Source of the DNA: Parcubacteria group bacterium
GTDB taxonomy: Bacteria > Patescibacteriota > Minisyncoccia > Minisyncoccales > UBA10102
NCBI GenBank assembly: GCA_016203945.1
Contig: JACQLT010000002.1
Location: forward strand, 797-64,796
Direction: 5' to 3'
Length of the DNA: 64,000 nucleotides
Shown here: positions 60,385 to 64,000 of the stretch, piece by piece
How the letters are laid out: every line of letters begins with the position of its first letter
Position numbering within the stretch: position 1 is the stretch's first letter
Notes under the pieces: generated by a model
Database searches by the model: none
The model's input: only the letters and a program-made list of their open reading frames with translations
Told to the model about the DNA's origin: nothing
Made by a program: the position numbers and the translations under genes

Positions 60385-60398
60385 AGAGATGTATTTTA

Positions 60399-61535
60399 CT
60401 ATAGGAAGTCCCACTGAGCAAGAACTTTTTTAATATCAAAATCAAAAGCCCTTTGCCGCGCTTTTCTTGAAAGCTCTGCCAATTGGACCGAATCCGTCAA
60501 AAGGTCAGCAATGGCTTTTGCAAGCAGCTCTTCATCTGTCGCTTGAACCAGCAAACCATATTCTCCCGCCTCAATTCCTGTTGCCTGTTTTGTTATCGGA
60601 GTGGAGGGGGCCAAGATCTCACGTGGTCCCGATTTGCAGTCAAACGAGACGATAGGAAGTCCACACGCCAAGGCCTCAAGAAGGACGTCGGGCAGGCCCT
60701 CCCAAAGAGACGAGAGCGCAAACACCTTTGCCCGTGCAAGAAATCGAAATGGATTCTCTTGCCATCCGAGAAAGTGAACCGAATCCTGTATACCCAACTC
60801 GTGCGAAAGCTCCTGCAAAGAATCCTTCAGAGAACCTTCTCCCAGAAGCACCAACTGAGCTTGCGGAATCTTTTTTTTCACTTGTGTAAAAGCTCTCAGA
60901 AGTTTTCCGTGTGCTTTCTGCTTTTCCAAGCGGCCCATGGCAATAATCACGGGGGAGGCAAAGAGCGATTCGTATTCCGGGCCAAGGGGCTCTTGCGCTA
61001 AGGCCTGGAGTTTTGCCACGTTCACCGGATTGTAAATCACTCTGATCTTTTCTGCAGGAATGCGGAAGTTCTTCTCAAGATCCAGCGCAATGGCTTTAGA
61101 AACCGCTACAAGGAGGTGCGCCTTTTTGAAAAAGAAACGCACAAAGAGTTTGAATGGAAGTTGTCTCCATCCTTTCCTGCTTCCTGAAATGTGCATGTCC
61201 ACGCGAACTACCGAACGAGGGTGCGCGAGAATGCTTATGGCATTTGCCGAAGCTCCCGCCGACACCACGCAATCCGGCTTCTCTTGAGCAAGCACCTTGA
61301 GGAATCTCAGCCAGCGCACAAAAAACCGAAAGAAGCGCGAGAAGAGGTTTTTGGAGATCGGAGAATCCAAGCTGATAAGCTTCCCTCGATAGGGATAGGA
61401 TATCTTTTTCTCAAACACCACAATGACAGGTTCCATAGACTCCGGGAGCGCGAGCGAAACCTCGGAAATAACGCGTTCGGCTCCCCCCCGAAAGAGCGTG
61501 GGGATCAAAAAAAGGATTTTTTTCTTTTGCGGCAT
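60399..61535 (-). CDS. glycosyltransferase family 4
   Basis: LIPTLFRGGAERV, WEGLPDVLLEALACGLPIVSFD. Confidence 0.88.
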   Translation of the reverse strand: MPQKKKILFLIPTLFRGGAERVISEVSLALPESMEPVIVVFEKKISYPYRGKLISLDSPISKNLFSRFFRFFVRWLRFLKVLAQEKPDCVVSAGASANAISILAHPRSVVRVDMHISGSRKGWRQLPFKLFVRFFFKKAHLLVAVSKAIALDLEKNFRIPAEKIRVIYNPVNVAKLQALAQEPLGPEYESLFASPVIIAMGRLEKQKAHGKLLRAFTQVKKKIPQAQLVLLGEGSLKDSLQELSHELGIQDSVHFLGWQENPFRFLARAKVFALSSLWEGLPDVLLEALACGLPIVSFDCKSGPREILAPSTPITKQATGIEAGEYGLLVQATDEELLAKAIADLLTDSVQLAELSRKARQRAFDFDIKKVLAQWDFL

Positions 61536-62794
61536 AGGTCTTTCAACGTAGAGAAGGTGCGTTCCGAACTCTTCCCGTCTTGATAGGTATACGTAAGCTC
61601 TCGCACCTTTTTTCGAAAAAGAGCATACTCGTCTTTTCCCTCCCGGATATCCTTGAGCGCGTCAAGAAGCTCTGGAAGGGTTTTTGCTTTGGGACCCGGA
61701 GTAATTTCCTCGTAGGGAAAATACAACTCTCGATCTTTCGTCACATACTTTTCATAGTCAAATGGAAAGAATATGATGGGGCGATCAAGTAAAAGAAATT
61801 CAAAATAAATGCCAGAGTAATCAGTCACCAATATATCTATGGAAGAAAGCAGGGGGTCCGCGTCAGATTCCGGATTCACGAATATGATATTTTTGTATTC
61901 TCTACCCCCCCTGGCATTGACCGTGGCCTGTGCCTGCGCCAAAGGATGAAGTTTTAAAAAGAAAAAAAGATTCTCTTGTGCAAGAAATTCGTCCAAGCGA
62001 AGTAGGACATCTGGCTTTTCAAAGAATGAATCCCCTCCCGTATCCCGCCACGTGGGAGCGTACAAAATCGTCCTTGGCAAAGATGATTCTTTTTTGAGTT
62101 GTTGCAGCTTAACAAGAACTTCTGGATCTGCCCCCACATCAGCTCCCGGAATATCCTTAAAATAAATATCGTTCTTTGGAAATCCCGTCACAAACACCCT
62201 TTCCTTGGTAATGCCAAAAGCGCTTGTAAAAATTTTTTGGAAGACCGGCGAGGTTGCCACCATGTAATCTGGCTTGCGGAATCTCCAGGGAAGAAGAACA
62301 TGGTAGAGAACACTGGACAGGCCGCGGGAACGCCAGAGTTTCATTTCTGCAGAATTGCCCTTAGTTACGTCCTGCTCAATTTTTTTTAATGGAATGCCGT
62401 GCCACAAGAGTATTTCTTTAGCTCCTCCAGAAAGCCAAAAAGAAACGGTTTCAATTGAGGCGTCCACTATGAAGTATCCCGCTCGAAGACAACTCCAAAC
62501 GCCGCGAAAAGACCAAAAAAAGACAGTGGGGTATCCTTTTGCTTGAAGCTCCCGCATAAGTGTTCTGTCTCTCGAAATCCAGAGAGGCTGTACTTCTTTC
62601 AAGTTTTTATTTCCAAGACAGAGAAAAAGATACTTACTGCTCCACGTGAACTTTCTTGGAATGCCAAAAACCCATAAGGTGCTTTTTCGCGGAAAGAAAT
62701 GAGAGAGGCCATACACCAAAAACAAAAAGGGGTGTGTCAACAAATGCGCTCCGTATCTTTTGATTTTCGTGAAGTAAACCGTATTCATGCGCAA
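61505..62794 (-). CDS. CDP-alditol (glycerol/ribitol) phosphotransferase, TagB/TagF family
   Basis: ILYAPTWRDTGG, FFLKLHPL, ILVTDYSGIYFEFLLLDRPIIFFPFDYEKY. Confidence 0.8.
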   Translation of the reverse strand: MRMNTVYFTKIKRYGAHLLTHPFLFLVYGLSHFFPRKSTLWVFGIPRKFTWSSKYLFLCLGNKNLKEVQPLWISRDRTLMRELQAKGYPTVFFWSFRGVWSCLRAGYFIVDASIETVSFWLSGGAKEILLWHGIPLKKIEQDVTKGNSAEMKLWRSRGLSSVLYHVLLPWRFRKPDYMVATSPVFQKIFTSAFGITKERVFVTGFPKNDIYFKDIPGADVGADPEVLVKLQQLKKESSLPRTILYAPTWRDTGGDSFFEKPDVLLRLDEFLAQENLFFFLKLHPLAQAQATVNARGGREYKNIIFVNPESDADPLLSSIDILVTDYSGIYFEFLLLDRPIIFFPFDYEKYVTKDRELYFPYEEITPGPKAKTLPELLDALKDIREGKDEYALFRKKVRELTYTYQDGKSSERTFSTLKDLCRKRKKSFF

Positions 62795-62803
62795 TATCCT
62801 GCA

Positions 62804-63523
62804 TTATAGGGCTTTCCTCCTGAGAATTTCAGCTCCTTTTTGCAGATCGTCAAAATCGTCTACCTCCATACAAAGCTCGTTCTTCTGGAAGTACACGGGG
62901 GACAGAGGGAATTGCGGAGACATCTCGTTGAATGCATGCTCTGCGTATTCCTTGGTCCTCCCCTCTTTCACAAACTGGCCAATCGCCTCCATCCACGATA
63001 CAAAGTCTTCCTGTCGCAGTTTATAAAGAGGAGCCAAAAAACGGAGGCCATCTCCTGTAAGCCTCACATCAATCTCTGTAATGAGCCCGTCTTTGATCCT
63101 CGCGTTGAAGTCCTTTGCAGAAACCTCGGTCTTGTGCACAAGAACCCCAGAGACCTTCTGGTCTAACAACCTTCCAAGCAGATGGGGCTCAAAAAGCACA
63201 TCGCTGTGGAACAGAAGAATATCGTCTCCCGCCATAGCATCCCTGGCAAGCCACATTGAGTAAATATAGTTTGTATTTTCATAGTCAGGGTTCCTCACAT
63301 ACGCCGGGGATAGAGAAGGGTAGTTGGCGGCCATAAACTTCTTCAACATATCTTCCAGGTGTCCTGTAGTGAATACAATATCTGTAATGTGATATTCCAA
63401 GAGCGTATCCACGATGCGACTCAAAAGCTCCTTTCCGCATACCCGAACAAGGGTCTTGGGGTTCTCATCGGTAAAGGGACGGAGACGACTTCCAACGCCA
63501 GAAGCAAGGATCACTGCTTTCAT
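62804..63523 (-). CDS. sugar/alcohol-phosphate nucleotidyltransferase (LicC/GlmU-N-like)
   Basis: MKAVILASGVGSRLRPFTDENPKTLV (G-x-G-x-R-x-x-P signature). Confidence 0.8.
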   Translation of the reverse strand: MKAVILASGVGSRLRPFTDENPKTLVRVCGKELLSRIVDTLLEYHITDIVFTTGHLEDMLKKFMAANYPSLSPAYVRNPDYENTNYIYSMWLARDAMAGDDILLFHSDVLFEPHLLGRLLDQKVSGVLVHKTEVSAKDFNARIKDGLITEIDVRLTGDGLRFLAPLYKLRQEDFVSWMEAIGQFVKEGRTKEYAEHAFNEMSPQFPLSPVYFQKNELCMEVDDFDDLQKGAEILRRKAL

Positions 63524-64000
63524 GTGATTTCCTTCAGAATGAGGCGGAGGGCTTCTATGGTAAGGATGCGGGGATTGTTTTTTACACGCTCGGGGTTGAA
63601 CCCGTTCTCCACAATGAGATTTACGTCTTCTTCTGCACGAACGCCGAGCCGAGAGAGTCGGCGTTCTAAATGAATCTCGTCCATAAGCTGCTCAAGTTTC
63701 TCCTTCGCTTCCCTGCCATCCCTTGCGCCAAACAAGTTCACTAATTCAGCCATGGCTTTCTTAACATATACCACTCCCCTGCTGTCGTTGAGGCTTTGTT
63801 CATCAGCCTCGCTGTTGAAAAGAATCATGCTCGGCAATGTAAGAGCGACTGCGTGCCCGTGCGGAACTCCAAAATACGAAGTAAGGGGATACGAAATCGC
63901 ATGGCACGCCGTGGTAAAAGAGATGTTGATTGCTTTGCCGGCCAAGTGCGCGCCTTTGCTCATTGCACCTCGTGCTTCAGGGGTCGGGGTATTCACCGCA
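63520..64000 (-). CDS. iron-containing (group III) alcohol dehydrogenase family protein, 3' part only
   Basis: FTTACHAISYPLTSYFGVPHGHAVALTLP is the metal-binding His region of Fe-ADHs. The ORF continues beyond the window end. Confidence 0.7.
   Translation of the reverse strand, partial: AVNTPTPEARGAMSKGAHLAGKAINISFTTACHAISYPLTSYFGVPHGHAVALTLPSMILFNSEADEQSLNDSRGVVYVKKAMAELVNLFGARDGREAKEKLEQLMDEIHLERRLSRLGVRAEEDVNLIVENGFNPERVKNNPRILTIEALRLILKEIT

Noticed and set aside
1-64000. CRISPR arrays, rRNA genes, integrases, transposases and toxin-antitoxin pairs
   Set aside because: I scanned by eye for regularly spaced direct repeats and for the characteristic protein motifs and found none. The only mobile-like signatures are the GIY-YIG cassette, the repeat-bounded islet and the miniature palindromic repeats reported above.

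Overview
Gene-dense bacterial chromosome fragment with about 70 protein genes, 4 tRNAs and RNase P RNA. Every gene except rpmE-prfA is on the minus strand, with many short overlaps or gaps of only a few nt. The first ~43 kb is housekeeping: rpsB-tsf, rpmE-prfA, rplY, ppa, gap, pgk, galU, ftsZ, ftsEX, prfB with its +1 frameshift, lepA, murJ, murB, rnpB, rnhA, secDF and secA. Interspersed are orphan secreted/membrane proteins, an ornithine-decarboxylase/homospermidine-synthase pair, and a VirD4/TraD-like ATPase module. The last ~20 kb (43.5-64 kb) is one continuous surface-glycan locus. It holds a PglFEDC-like starter module, at least five glycosyltransferase domains, a sulfotransferase plus APS kinase, a TagF-like phosphotransferase, and two alkaline-phosphatase-superfamily membrane transferases, one frameshifted in a G7 tract. 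Short core proteins, CxxC zinc-ribbon modules, a sigma-r4/HARE-HTH protein and one-strand packing suggest a reduced Patescibacteria/CPR (Parcubacteria-like) genome; this is inference only. The standard genetic code applies: TGA is used as a stop and RF2 is present. Most unusual observations: (1) a promoter-defined trio of sigma-r4/HARE-HTH protein, membrane orphan, and coupling-protein-like ATPase fused to a zinc ribbon; (2) a GIY-YIG cassette sitting in a duplicated 5' part of tRNA-Gln, next to an AT-rich islet bounded by perfect 33-bp direct repeats; (3) a GC-rich repeat family inserted in frame into ftsZ and secA; (4) a secreted protein carrying the same 13-aa peptide at both mature ends; (5) recurrent promoters placed 6-9 nt from start codons, a leaderless geometry. 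No CRISPR array, integrase, transposase, reverse transcriptase or rRNA was seen.
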